Shown here one piece after another: positions 1-12,690 of a stretch of DNA of 64,000 bases (positions are counted from its first letter, which is position 1; each line of letters begins with the position of its first letter). The stretch lies in the NCBI GenBank assembly GCA_902561325.1, contig CACEOL010000003.1, positions 15,805 to 79,804 of the forward strand. The letters are read 5' to 3'. The stretch is from an uncultured SAR86 cluster bacterium (GTDB lineage Bacteria > Pseudomonadota > Gammaproteobacteria > Magnimaribacterales > AG-339-G14). Both the position numbers and the translations under genes were made by a program. The notes beneath the pieces were generated by a model. It ran no database searches and was not told the origin of the DNA. It saw only the letters and a list, made by a program, of their open reading frames with translations.

Positions 1-84
1 TGCTGAGCAAGTCCTTGGAATGCCGCAAGACATAAGGGTAGATAAAAACGTTCCGTTTAACGAAATACCTACAGGTTCGAAGAA

Positions 85-3383
<3,299 letters not shown>

Positions 3384-3387
<4 letters not shown>

Positions 3388-5816
3388 CTTGCTGCCATTT
3401 TTAAAGCTTCATCGACATCGACAGAAACCAATCTTGATACGCCTGGTTCCTGCATAGTAACACCCATAAGATGTTTACTTTTCTCCATTGAAATTTTGTT
3501 ATGCGTTACGAAAATAAATTGAACCTTTTCAGACATTTCCTCAACCATATTTATGAATCTTGAAGTATTGAAGTCATCCAGTGGAGCATCAATTTCATCG
3601 AGAATGCAAAAAGGCGCTGGATTAAGAGAGAAAAAACTAAATACCAATGCTATAGACGATAAAGCTTTTTCTCCGCCTGACAACTGAGAAACATTTACAT
3701 TCTTTTTTCCAGGAGGCATAGCCTTAAAAAGCACCCCGGATTCTAATAAATCTCTTTCAGTTAATTCTAATTTAGCAAAGCCACCGCCAAATAATTTTGG
3801 AAAAAGCTCACCTAATTTAATATTCAGCTTATCTAGAGTGTCCTTGAATTTTGTTCTTGATTCCAAATCAATTTTCTTAATTGCCCCTTGCAAGGTTTCT
3901 AGTGCACTATTTAGTTCTGACATTTGAGTATCAATTTCAGAGTTTCTTTCTTCTTCTAATTTGTACTCTTCTGCTGCAGCTAAATTTATCGGGCCAATTC
4001 TTTCTATTGAATTTTCAATTTTAGAAATTTCTTCAACCAGTGACTCCTCGGTCATATTCTCAGTAATTTCATCAAGCAATCCTTGAATCTCATAGTTATC
4101 GTTTTTAAGTTGCTCTTCAAAAATTGCTGATTCAGAAATAAATCCCTGTCTTTCTAATTTAGATTTTTGAATATCACTATTAAATTCTTCAATACTAATA
4201 TCGGTTTCATGAATTCTTCGCTCGTTGGCTCTTATAATTTCATTTAAATCATTAAAATTTTCTCTAAGTTTTGAGAGGTTACCCTCTACATCTACTCTAG
4301 AGTCTAATAAAGGCTTAATATCTGCTTCAATTTTTTGTATTGGGCCTTCAATCTCAACAAGCTTTTCATCAAGAGAATTTTTTGCAGTAACAGTATTTAG
4401 CTTGGAACTTTCAATTGCAGATAATTTACTCTTAATTTCAGCTATTTTTACTTTGAAAGATGTAATTTCTGAGCTCAAAGAAAGAAGTTCTGTTTTTTGG
4501 GCCTTAAACTTTTCTTCTTGATATTGAGATTGATGCTTAATAGATTCCTTTAACTTTTCTAATTTATTTTTAATTTCTTGAGCAAAGGAATGAATTTCTT
4601 TGATATCACTCTCTGTTTTTGTTGAGAAATCCCTTGCAGTCTCTTCTAGAGAAACCGTTAGATTAGATACGTCAAGAAAGATTTTTTCCACTAAGAAATC
4701 AGGAGACATTGCCCCTTCAAGTTTAGAAAAGCTTTCATCTAAGGCTTGAAGTTCTGGTTCTTTTTTTGAAAGTTCTAACTCAGCTTCAGATAACTCTTTA
4801 GATAGATTATCTTTTTCGGAAGAAAAATCATTTAAAGTCTCCACCATTTGATCTTTTTCTAAAAGGAGATCGTTTTTTTTCTCTTTTAACAAAGATAATT
4901 CTTGTTCAGAACTACTAAGGTCTGCGCCACTAGAGTAATAATCTTGTTGAACTTTATCTATTTTTTGTTGAATTTCAGATTGAGATACTTTCGATTTATC
5001 TATTTCAGAGTTAAGTGAGATTTTAAGAGTTCTTTCTTTTTCTAGGCTCGATTCAAGTTCTTTGATTGAAAGATCTATATTTGAAATTTTTTCTTTTCTT
5101 GTTTGCCATGATATTGCTTTTAAAAGACCTTTTTTTGATTTTTCTTCAGCTTTCAAAGCTTTATATCTTTCAGCTGACTTTACTTGCCTTTTAAGTTTTA
5201 AAAGCTGTCTTTCAATCTCATCTTTAAGATCTTTCACTCTACTAAGGTTTTCTTTAGTTTTCTTTATTCTTGATTCAGTTTCTTTTTTCCTTTCTCGATA
5301 AACAGAAATACCTGCAACCTCTTCAATATACATTCTTAGTTCTTCAGGTTTAGAGCTTATTAGCTTAGTCGCCATTTCCTGTTCAATGACTGCATAACTT
5401 CTAGGTCCAAGACCAGTACCAAGAAATATATCTGTAATGTCTTTTCTTCTGCATTCTGAGCCGTTTAAAAAGTAGATAGATCTTCCATCAATTTCTAAAA
5501 CTCGTTTAACAGAAATTTCTGAATAGCTCGAATATTCTCCACCTAATTTTCCTAAAGAGTTATCAAATAAAAGTTCTACAGAAGCACGACTCGAAGGCGC
5601 TCTGGATGATGATCCACTAAAAATAACATCGGCCATATTTTCGCCTCTTAAATTTTTAGCAGATATTTCTCCCATGACCCATCTAACAGCGTCGATGATA
5701 TTAGATTTGCCGCAACCGTTAGGCCCGACTACTCCACTCATGCTGCTAGGGAAGGAAATTTTCGTGGGGTCCACGAAAGATTTAAAACCAGATAGGCTGA
5801 TGTTTTTTAATCTCAT
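3384..5816 (-). CDS. smc: SMC-family chromosome segregation ATPase, atypically short and hinge-less
   Basis: 810 aa. Walker A GPNGCGKSN, ABC signature LSGGEKALS and Walker B FCILDEIDAPLD, with an E/K/L/S-rich coiled-coil middle. Occupies the canonical smc position upstream of zipA-ligA (ATGA overlap with zipA). No hinge-like segment; see findings. Confidence 0.85.
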
Positions 5817-5865
5817 CCTTGGAAGTATATTTTAACTGATTTAGGCCTTTAAAACCCTATTTTTT

Positions 5866-6414
5866 CTAATTTTTAAGCTTTTTTAATGCAAGATTCATTG
5901 CAATAATCAAGGATTCTTTTTCTTTGTTATTTGTTGAATTTTCAAGTGCTATTGACCAGCTTTTGAGAGCTTCCTCGAAGTTATTTTGTTGGAAATAATT
6001 CAAACCTTGTAGTGATAGAGCTCTTGTATCAGATGGGTTTAAATACAAAGCTTTTTCAACATGGTTAGTGACATCAAGACTAAAATTACCTTGTGACTCG
6101 TAATAAGACTCTGCAAGAAAAGAATGTACGCTAGAGTCAATCAAATCTGGATATTTATCTATTAAAAAATTAAAACTTTTAATTGCCAACTTAAATTTTT
6201 CGTCATAAAAAAATCTCTTTCCAGAAAGCATTACTTCTGATGAATTCAAGTATTTAAAATCTATCTGTAAATCATGAGGTTTGTCTGAAGCTAGATACAC
6301 AGAGTAATCGTCTTGAAATGAAAATTTTTTTAAAGAGCCAATACCTTGTATCAGAAAAAAAAGAACAAATGAAAAAATGATAATTGCGAAGTAACTAATA
6401 ACTTTAGTATTCAT
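5866..6414 (-). CDS. ccmI: cytochrome c maturation TPR protein (CcmI/CycH-like)
   Basis: 182 aa. N-terminal TM helix followed by TPR-like repeats (AESYYESQGNF, ALSLQGLNYFQQNNFEEALKSW). Last gene of the ccm cluster, with a 4-nt overlap with ccmH. Confidence 0.6.
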   Translation of the reverse strand: MNTKVISYFAIIIFSFVLFFLIQGIGSLKKFSFQDDYSVYLASDKPHDLQIDFKYLNSSEVMLSGKRFFYDEKFKLAIKSFNFLIDKYPDLIDSSVHSFLAESYYESQGNFSLDVTNHVEKALYLNPSDTRALSLQGLNYFQQNNFEEALKSWSIALENSTNNKEKESLIIAMNLALKKLKN

Positions 6415-6779
6415 TTTTTTAAAAAATTAAAAAGAAAGAAAATCCCAATACCGATTAGTAATAAGGGAAATCCATACAAAATAAAAATTGATATTTTATT
6501 TTCTGGCATAAATAAAATACTTTCTCCGTAAAGCTTGATTAAATTATTTTTAATTTCTTTTGGCGTCTTACCTTTTTCAAGCTCTTTAAAAATGACGTTT
6601 TTTAAATCGTTCGCTATATCGGAATCAGATTCTGCAATGGAAGATCCAGCACAGAGCGGACAACTTACTTCCTGCGATAGCTCAATAAAATCTTTTTCTA
6701 AGCTTTCATTTGAAAACTCATAAATATTCTTTGCTTCCAAAGAAAAAGATAGAAAAAAGATTAATATCAATAACAACAT
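6411..6779 (-). CDS. ccmH: cytochrome c-type biogenesis protein CcmH
   Basis: 122 aa. Signal peptide, CPLC redox motif (CcmH CxxC type) and a C-terminal TM helix. Confidence 0.8.
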   Translation of the reverse strand: MLLLILIFFLSFSLEAKNIYEFSNESLEKDFIELSQEVSCPLCAGSSIAESDSDIANDLKNVIFKELEKGKTPKEIKNNLIKLYGESILFMPENKISIFILYGFPLLLIGIGIFFLFNFLKK

Positions 6780-6780
6780 T

Positions 6781-7290
6781 TTAATTATTGATTAAGGGAA
6801 TAAATTTATCTTTCCAAACTTTTTCAGACATGATGCCGATATGTTTTTGTAAAATTTTATCCTCTTTAAGTAGATATGTTTCTGGAGCGCCGGATACACC
6901 AAGACTGAAGCCATATGTGCCGTCCTGATCATAGAGATTTACGGAATAAGGATTTCCATATTGATTCAACCACTTTAAAGCTTTTTCTAAATCATCTTTA
7001 TAGTTCAAGCCAACAATGTTCCAACCTTCTCCTTTTTTTGCCATCAAAAAACCATGTTCTAACTTACAGTTAATGCACCAGGTAGCCCAAACGTTTAACA
7101 AAGAAAATTCATTCTCTTTTAATAAATTTATATCAAGAATATTTCCATCAAAGGTTTTTATCTCTCCTAAAGGAAGATTTTTTTCTGGAAAATTAACCTC
7201 ATTCTTTTCAAAGAGATTTATAAAAAAAATAGAGAAGGTAAATAAAATCAAAAATAAAGAAAAATAACCTAAATATCTTGTGATTTTCAT
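6781..7290 (-). CDS. ccmG: thiol:disulfide interchange protein DsbE/CcmG
   Basis: 169 aa. N-terminal membrane anchor and a thioredoxin-fold motif WATWCINC. Confidence 0.85.
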   Translation of the reverse strand: MKITRYLGYFSLFLILFTFSIFFINLFEKNEVNFPEKNLPLGEIKTFDGNILDINLLKENEFSLLNVWATWCINCKLEHGFLMAKKGEGWNIVGLNYKDDLEKALKWLNQYGNPYSVNLYDQDGTYGFSLGVSGAPETYLLKEDKILQKHIGIMSEKVWKDKFIPLINN

Positions 7291-9146
7291 AAACTTTTAA
7301 ATCTAAACAAGCTTAAAAATCCTCCAAAAGCCATTATCAATGCTCCCAGCCAAATTAGTCTAACAAAAGGCTTTAATTGCGCTTTCACTACCCAGCCATC
7401 TTCAACCTGATCGCCAATAGAAATATATAGATCTTCTTTGATAGATGGATATATTGCCGCTTCAGTCATTATAGATTTTGAAACTGGATAATACCTTTTC
7501 TCAGCAATCAAATTAAACTTCTGGTTTAAATTTTCTACTCTAAAACTAACTTCATCCGAAGAGAAATTTTGAGCTATTTTCTTTTCTTCTCCAAGGTAAG
7601 TGACTTTATAATTTTCCAATTCAAAAGGCTTTTCCTTGAAAGCGATTAACTCTTTTTGAGATTCTAAAGATGAAACAAGCCCTATTCCTAAAATCATGAC
7701 TGCTATTCCAAAGTGAGAAAATCCCATTGATAAATTCATGTTTCTTGAATTTTTAATTTGTAAAAAAGCGTAATAAATTAAACCCGCCAAAATGCTAGAA
7801 ATCATTAAGTTCGTCACTGTGATCGATACTGAAATATTATTTAAAAAGAGCACGCTGAAACTTACAGTCAATAAAATTAATATTGCAAAATAAACATACA
7901 AAGTCTTTGGTTCGGTTGATCTTGAAGACCAATTACTAAGAATTCCAAATCCTTGAAAAAAAGCTAAAAAGAACGCAATAGGTACAGTAACAGAATCAAA
8001 ATAAGGTTTACCCACAGAAATATCTTTTCCTTTTGAAAAAATTTCGTAAATTATTGGGTAAATGGTTCCAAAAAGAATAGCAACAGCCAAAATAATCAAA
8101 AATACGTTATTAATTAAAAAGAAAAATTCTCTAGAAAGAATAGATCCATATGCATGACTTAAATCAGTAAGTTTGGACCTTGAGTAAACAACCAAAGAAA
8201 AAATTAAAACAAATAAAATTATAAATAGAAGAATTAGACCTCTTTCAGGGTCTAAAGCAAAAGTGTGAACTGAGGTAACAATTCCAGACCTAACTAGAAA
8301 TAAGCCAATATAACTTGATAAAACTGCGCCTAGAGATAAAAGCACCGTCCACTTAGAAAAAATATTTCTCTTAGAGGTAGCTATTGCAGAATGAATTAGA
8401 GCTGTTGCAATAAGCCAAGGTATCAAAGAAGAATTTTCAACAGGATCCCAAAACCACCAACCTCCCCAACCAAGCTCATAGTAAGCCCACCAACTACCGA
8501 GCGCTATACCCAAAGTTAAAAATGACCAAGAAATTACTGACCAATTTTTTAAATCGTTTGCCCAGTTTTTATAATTTGGGTCTACGCAACGCGCCATAGC
8601 AATGGCAAAAGGTAAAGTCAGAGCAGTATAGCCAAGATAAAGAGTTGGCGGATGGATGGTAAAAGCAAAATCTTGCAATAAAGGATTTAAGTCCAAACCT
8701 CCTTCGGGAGAGAAAGGGAGTAATCTTTCAAATGGATTTGAAGTAAAGATGACAAAACCTGAAAAAAGGGAAAATATGACGAATAGAAAAAAGATGCCAA
8801 AACTAGATTGAGATTTTAAGTAAAAAATTAAAGTCCAAAGACTAAGAAATAAAAGATACAAAAGCATAGAACCTTCATGACCTCCCCATAGTGCAGAAAA
8901 TTTATAATAATCAGGAAGATTTTCATTCGAGTTATTTGCCACATACAGAACACTAAAATCGTCGGTTAAAAAACTTATTTCAAGACATATAAAACTCAAT
9001 AGAACACTGAAAAAGAATAGATAAACTATTTTTGGAGAAATAGTGAAGTTGTTATTTTTATAAAACGAGAAAGAGTTACCAAAGACGTAAAAACTAGAAA
9101 TGGTAAAAGCTAGCACTAAAAACAATAAACCTATTTCTGGAATCAT
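7287..9146 (-). CDS. ccmF: cytochrome c heme lyase subunit CcmF
   Basis: 619-aa polytopic membrane protein with the tryptophan-rich motif WGGWWFWDPVEN. Confidence 0.93.
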   Translation of the reverse strand: MIPEIGLLFLVLAFTISSFYVFGNSFSFYKNNNFTISPKIVYLFFFSVLLSFICLEISFLTDDFSVLYVANNSNENLPDYYKFSALWGGHEGSMLLYLLFLSLWTLIFYLKSQSSFGIFFLFVIFSLFSGFVIFTSNPFERLLPFSPEGGLDLNPLLQDFAFTIHPPTLYLGYTALTLPFAIAMARCVDPNYKNWANDLKNWSVISWSFLTLGIALGSWWAYYELGWGGWWFWDPVENSSLIPWLIATALIHSAIATSKRNIFSKWTVLLSLGAVLSSYIGLFLVRSGIVTSVHTFALDPERGLILLFIILFVLIFSLVVYSRSKLTDLSHAYGSILSREFFFLINNVFLIILAVAILFGTIYPIIYEIFSKGKDISVGKPYFDSVTVPIAFFLAFFQGFGILSNWSSRSTEPKTLYVYFAILILLTVSFSVLFLNNISVSITVTNLMISSILAGLIYYAFLQIKNSRNMNLSMGFSHFGIAVMILGIGLVSSLESQKELIAFKEKPFELENYKVTYLGEEKKIAQNFSSDEVSFRVENLNQKFNLIAEKRYYPVSKSIMTEAAIYPSIKEDLYISIGDQVEDGWVVKAQLKPFVRLIWLGALIMAFGGFLSLFRFKSL

Positions 9147-9565
9147 TTTTCAAGAGCCTTTTTTACTTCTTTGGGAACATAGTTTTCATCATGCTTAGCT
9201 AAAATTTGATAAGCATCAAGACTCATCTTGCTTTTATCAAAGTAACCTGTAGCAACTACTCCAGCGTTTTCTTTAAATAAATCTGGAAGAATGCCTGTGT
9301 AATTTACTGCAATAGATTTTTTTAAGTCAGTAATTATGAATTCTATTTCTAAGGAGTCTGTTGATCTCTTTAAACTTCCAATTTCAACCAAACCTCCTGC
9401 TCTAATTGCATTTCTTCCTTGAGGAGGATTCTCAAACAAATCTGATGGTGAGTAGAATAAATTTACATTATCTCTGATGGCAAAAAACACTAAAACAAAA
9501 GCAAGGGTTGAACAAAAAACTATGAACAGAACTCCATAAAGTCTTTTTAATCTATGTTGTTTCAT
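9143..9565 (-). CDS. ccmE: heme chaperone CcmE
   Basis: 140 aa. N-terminal anchor; the C-terminal LAKHDENYVPKEV closely matches the E. coli CcmE heme-binding His region. Confidence 0.9.
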   Translation of the reverse strand: MKQHRLKRLYGVLFIVFCSTLAFVLVFFAIRDNVNLFYSPSDLFENPPQGRNAIRAGGLVEIGSLKRSTDSLEIEFIITDLKKSIAVNYTGILPDLFKENAGVVATGYFDKSKMSLDAYQILAKHDENYVPKEVKKALEK

Positions 9566-9689
9566 TATTTTTTATCTTGGATTCATTCTTTCTTATTTTT
9601 GCCAGTGGCAAATAAATTAAAAGCAAGCAAATAAATCCCGTTATTGAAACAACCGACCAGATATGAATATTAAATTCTCCAAAACCCAT
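9552..9689 (-). CDS. ccmD: heme exporter protein CcmD (small ORF absent from the supplied track)
   Basis: Hand-translated: ATG at 9689..9687, TAG at 9554..9552, giving MGFGEFNIHIWSVVSITGFICLLLIYLPLAKIRKNESKIKNNETT (45 aa, one TM helix). Lies 2 nt after the ccmC stop and overlaps the ccmE start by 14 nt. Position and size match ccmD. Confidence 0.65.
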   Translation of the reverse strand: MGFGEFNIHIWSVVSITGFICLLLIYLPLAKIRKNESKIKNNETT

Positions 9690-9691
9690 AG

Positions 9692-10441
9692 TTAATTATT
9701 ACTTAAAAGTTTTTTGAACCATTCCTTGTTTTGCTCTCTGGTAGATATTTCTGCTCTCATAAAAAGTAATCCAGTAAAAAATACAAACAAATAAACTCCT
9801 AAAATTGAGAGTAATAACGGGATAAGCATTTCACTGGAAATAGAGGACTCACCGGAAATGGATATTGATGCAGGTTGATGAAGAGTGTTCCACCAGTCAA
9901 CTGATTTTTTTACTATCGGAAGATTTACAACTCCAACCAAAGTTATTATAGAGACCGCAGTGTCGGCTGACTTTCTAGAGGCAAAAGTTGATTGCATGCC
10001 AATGATTGCCAAATAAAATAAAAAGAGTACTAAAGTAGAGGTCAGGCGGGCATCCCATACCCACCAAGTTCCCCAAGTTGGCTGTCCCCAGATTGCTCCG
10101 CTTAGTAATCCAATAAAGGTAAAAGCTGCGCCTATTGGGGCAAGGCTTTTAATATAGACTCCTGCCATTTTCATACGCCATATTAAAAAAACTGCTGCCG
10201 CAACAGACATTGAATAATAAATGACTTGAGATACTGATACCGCTGGAACATGAAAATATATTATTCGATAAACATCTCCTTGAACCGCATCAGTAGGAGA
10301 AAAAAATAAGCCCCAAATAGAGGAAATGACTATCAACGAAATACTAAGAACCGCAACAAATGGAATTACTTTGCCAGAGATTTTGTAAAACCAGGGATAA
10401 GATCCAAGTTTGTGATAAAAATTCTTTAATATTTGAAACAT
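9692..10441 (-). CDS. ccmC: heme exporter protein CcmC
   Basis: 249-aa membrane protein with the WGTWWVWDARL tryptophan-rich heme-handling motif. Confidence 0.93.
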   Translation of the reverse strand: MFQILKNFYHKLGSYPWFYKISGKVIPFVAVLSISLIVISSIWGLFFSPTDAVQGDVYRIIYFHVPAVSVSQVIYYSMSVAAAVFLIWRMKMAGVYIKSLAPIGAAFTFIGLLSGAIWGQPTWGTWWVWDARLTSTLVLFLFYLAIIGMQSTFASRKSADTAVSIITLVGVVNLPIVKKSVDWWNTLHQPASISISGESSISSEMLIPLLLSILGVYLFVFFTGLLFMRAEISTREQNKEWFKKLLSNN

Positions 10442-10443
10442 AT

Positions 10444-11103
10444 CTAATTAAAATGAAGTTTCAATGCCCCAACCGAAGCAAACAAAATAATAGGTAACAA
10501 AAAAACAAATATTGCTGTAAGCAGCAAAATGTTTGAAGAAAAGCTAATGTCGTTTAATGAGTAATTAATCGCCTGAGTGCCCAATATAAGGACCGGTAAA
10601 CTCAATGGCAGCATTAAGGCAGGACCGGTGATACTATTTTTTCCAAGTGAAAGTGCTCCAGCTAGCGCCCCAAAAAGACAAATGGTTGGGGTTCCAATCA
10701 ACAAACTTATGATTAAAGGTGTCAAGCCTTCTTGAGGAAGATAAAGTAAAAAAACAGAAAAAACAGAAAGGATGATGATTGGTAAACAACTAAAAAACCA
10801 ATTCACAAAAATTTTTATCAAAACAATCAATGATAGATTTTGTCCAGATGCCAATAAAAGCTCAATGCTTCCATCTTCATAATCTTCAGAAAAAATATTT
10901 TGAAAAGATATTAATGTCGATAACAGGACAGTAATCCAAATTAAGCCTGGAGCTAAATTTTTTAATATGTCTGGATCATTGGAAATTCCAATTGGGTATA
11001 AAGAAATGGAAATCAAAAAAAAGACCACTGGGCTGATGAAAGAAGAAGACTTTCTCGAATAGATAAGAAATTCCTTTTTGAGTATTTTTGTAAAATAAAT
11101 CAT
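10444..11103 (-). CDS. ccmB: heme exporter permease CcmB
   Basis: 219-aa multi-TM hydrophobic protein between ccmA and ccmC. Confidence 0.88.
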   Translation of the reverse strand: MIYFTKILKKEFLIYSRKSSSFISPVVFFLISISLYPIGISNDPDILKNLAPGLIWITVLLSTLISFQNIFSEDYEDGSIELLLASGQNLSLIVLIKIFVNWFFSCLPIIILSVFSVFLLYLPQEGLTPLIISLLIGTPTICLFGALAGALSLGKNSITGPALMLPLSLPVLILGTQAINYSLNDISFSSNILLLTAIFVFLLPIILFASVGALKLHFN

Positions 11104-11681
11104 TAGTTAAAGAGATTCATATCAATTAGAGGAAAATCATCATTAGACCTATCATGAGATGAAAAGATAATTTTTGCTCCAGCATTAATTTTCTTTTCAA
11201 AGATTTCCTGCAGGAGATCAGTTGTTTTTCTATCTAGATTATTAAAGGGTTCATCAAGAAGATACAAATTAGATTTTGAAAGCATAAAACTTGCAATATT
11301 GATTTTTCTCTTTTGCCCTTCTGAAAGATATGCTGACTGAATATCAGAATAATCAATAAGATCAAGTTGTTTAAGAACAGAATTAATCTGGGAATGAGAA
11401 ATTTTAGGCAGTCTGATATCAAAATAAATGTTCTCTCTAGCTGATAAATTATTTTTTAATCCGGTTTTATGACCCGAATAAAATACTAAATCATTCTCTG
11501 AAAAAGATATGTCTCCTTCATAATTTTTATAGATGCCTGAAAGAATCTTTAGCAAAGTTGATTTGCCAGAACCATTGTCTCCTACGAGCTTAAAAACACT
11601 TTCGTTTGCGAATTCAAAGCTCAAATTTGAAAAAATATATTTATCATCAAACTTGTATGATAAATTTGCTGTTTTTAGCAT
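11103..11681 (-). CDS. ccmA: heme exporter ATP-binding protein CcmA
   Basis: 192 aa. Walker A GDNGSGKST, signature LSEGQKRK and Walker B LYLLDEP. First gene of the ccm operon. Confidence 0.9.
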   Translation of the reverse strand: MLKTANLSYKFDDKYIFSNLSFEFANESVFKLVGDNGSGKSTLLKILSGIYKNYEGDISFSENDLVFYSGHKTGLKNNLSARENIYFDIRLPKISHSQINSVLKQLDLIDYSDIQSAYLSEGQKRKINIASFMLSKSNLYLLDEPFNNLDRKTTDLLQEIFEKKINAGAKIIFSSHDRSNDDFPLIDMNLFN

Positions 11682-11764
11682 CTAAATATGCAGTTATTAC
11701 TAAAATTAATTAATTTTGGTCATTATTATAACTATAATATCTATTCAAAATTTGAGTATTAAAT

Positions 11765-12217
11765 ATGGACTTTGGAAAGAGAATAAGTATAGAAGCCGTA
11801 GAAGAAGGTAATGAATTCATGCCTAAGTTCGATGATCGGGGGCTTATTCCAGTAATAACTATGGAAGAAAGCTCAAATCTGGTCTTGATGCATGGTTATC
11901 TCAACAAAGAGGCTTTAAAACTGTCTATTAACACCAAGCAGGCCCATTATTGGAGCAGAAGCAGAGAGCAGTTGTGGAAAAAAGGCGAAACAAGCGGTCT
12001 TTATCAAAATATCAAAGAAATTCTTGTCGACGATGACCAAGATTGTGTGATTTTTAAAGTAGAAGTTGAAGGTTCAGGAGCAAGTTGTCACGTTGGTTAT
12101 AAATCCTGTTTCTACAGATCAGTAAAAAATCTTAAAGACTTAGAGTTTGTAGAAGAAGAGAAATTATTTGATCCTGAAGAAGTTTACGAAGGACAAGAAA
12201 ATCCTACTAAACTTTAA
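11765..12217 (+). CDS. hisI: phosphoribosyl-AMP cyclohydrolase (monofunctional)
   Basis: 150 aa. WSRSREQLWKKGETSG and CHVGYKSCFYR are typical HisI motifs. There is no hisE domain and no neighbouring his genes. Confidence 0.9.
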   Translation: MDFGKRISIEAVEEGNEFMPKFDDRGLIPVITMEESSNLVLMHGYLNKEALKLSINTKQAHYWSRSREQLWKKGETSGLYQNIKEILVDDDQDCVIFKVEVEGSGASCHVGYKSCFYRSVKNLKDLEFVEEEKLFDPEEVYEGQENPTKL

Positions 12218-12222
12218 ATTTA

Positions 12223-12298
12223 GCCCTTGTAGTTTAATCGGATAAAACGGCCGCCTCCTAAGTGGCAGCTCCAGGTTCGATTCCTGGCAGGGGCACCA
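12223..12298 (+). tRNA. tRNA-Arg (anticodon CCU)
   Basis: Folded by hand. Acceptor GCCCTTG/CAGGGGC, D stem GTTT/AAAC, anticodon stem GCCGC/GTGGC with loop CTCCTAA, T arm CCAGG-TTCGATT-CCTGG, and an encoded CCA. 76 nt. Confidence 0.92.
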
Positions 12299-12310
12299 AA
12301 CAGTGAATTA

Positions 12311-12550
12311 TTAAGTTCTTGGTTTTGCTTCGTTTACTGTTAACTTTCTACCTTCAAGATCAAAGTCATTCATGGCTTCAATAGCTTCTGGACCTCCAGA
12401 CTCTAATTCAACAAAGCCGAAGCCTCGTGATCTTTTAGTATCCCTGTCTGTAATGACATTTGCTGATATGACACTGCCAAATTCAGAAAATAATTCTTCT
12501 AATTGAGAGTTGTCGACACTCCATGGGAGATTTCCTACATATAATTTCAT
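12311..12550 (-). CDS. RRM-type RNA-binding protein
   Basis: 79 aa. RNP2 LYVGNL and RNP1 RGFGFVEL motifs. Confidence 0.9.
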   Translation of the reverse strand: MKLYVGNLPWSVDNSQLEELFSEFGSVISANVITDRDTKRSRGFGFVELESGGPEAIEAMNDFDLEGRKLTVNEAKPRT

Positions 12551-12650
12551 ATTTACCTTTTAAGTTAAGGCATTAAATACTATATAGAAATTAATATCAG
12601 ATTTATTTAGAAAATTCTTTGAAAAAATTAAGTATATAACTAGAAACTTT

Positions 12651-12690
12651 ATCCCTCTTGTTTCCAAGAGGGATAGATTTTTTTATTTTG
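12651..12690. terminator. intrinsic-terminator-like hairpin between metY and the RRM gene
   Basis: Perfect 10-bp stem ATCCCTCTTG/CAAGAGGGAT (12651-12660/12665-12674) with loop TTTC. The T7 tract follows on the + strand (AGATTTTTTTATTTT). On the - strand, which is the sense of metY, only AAAGTTTCT follows. Confidence 0.5.
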
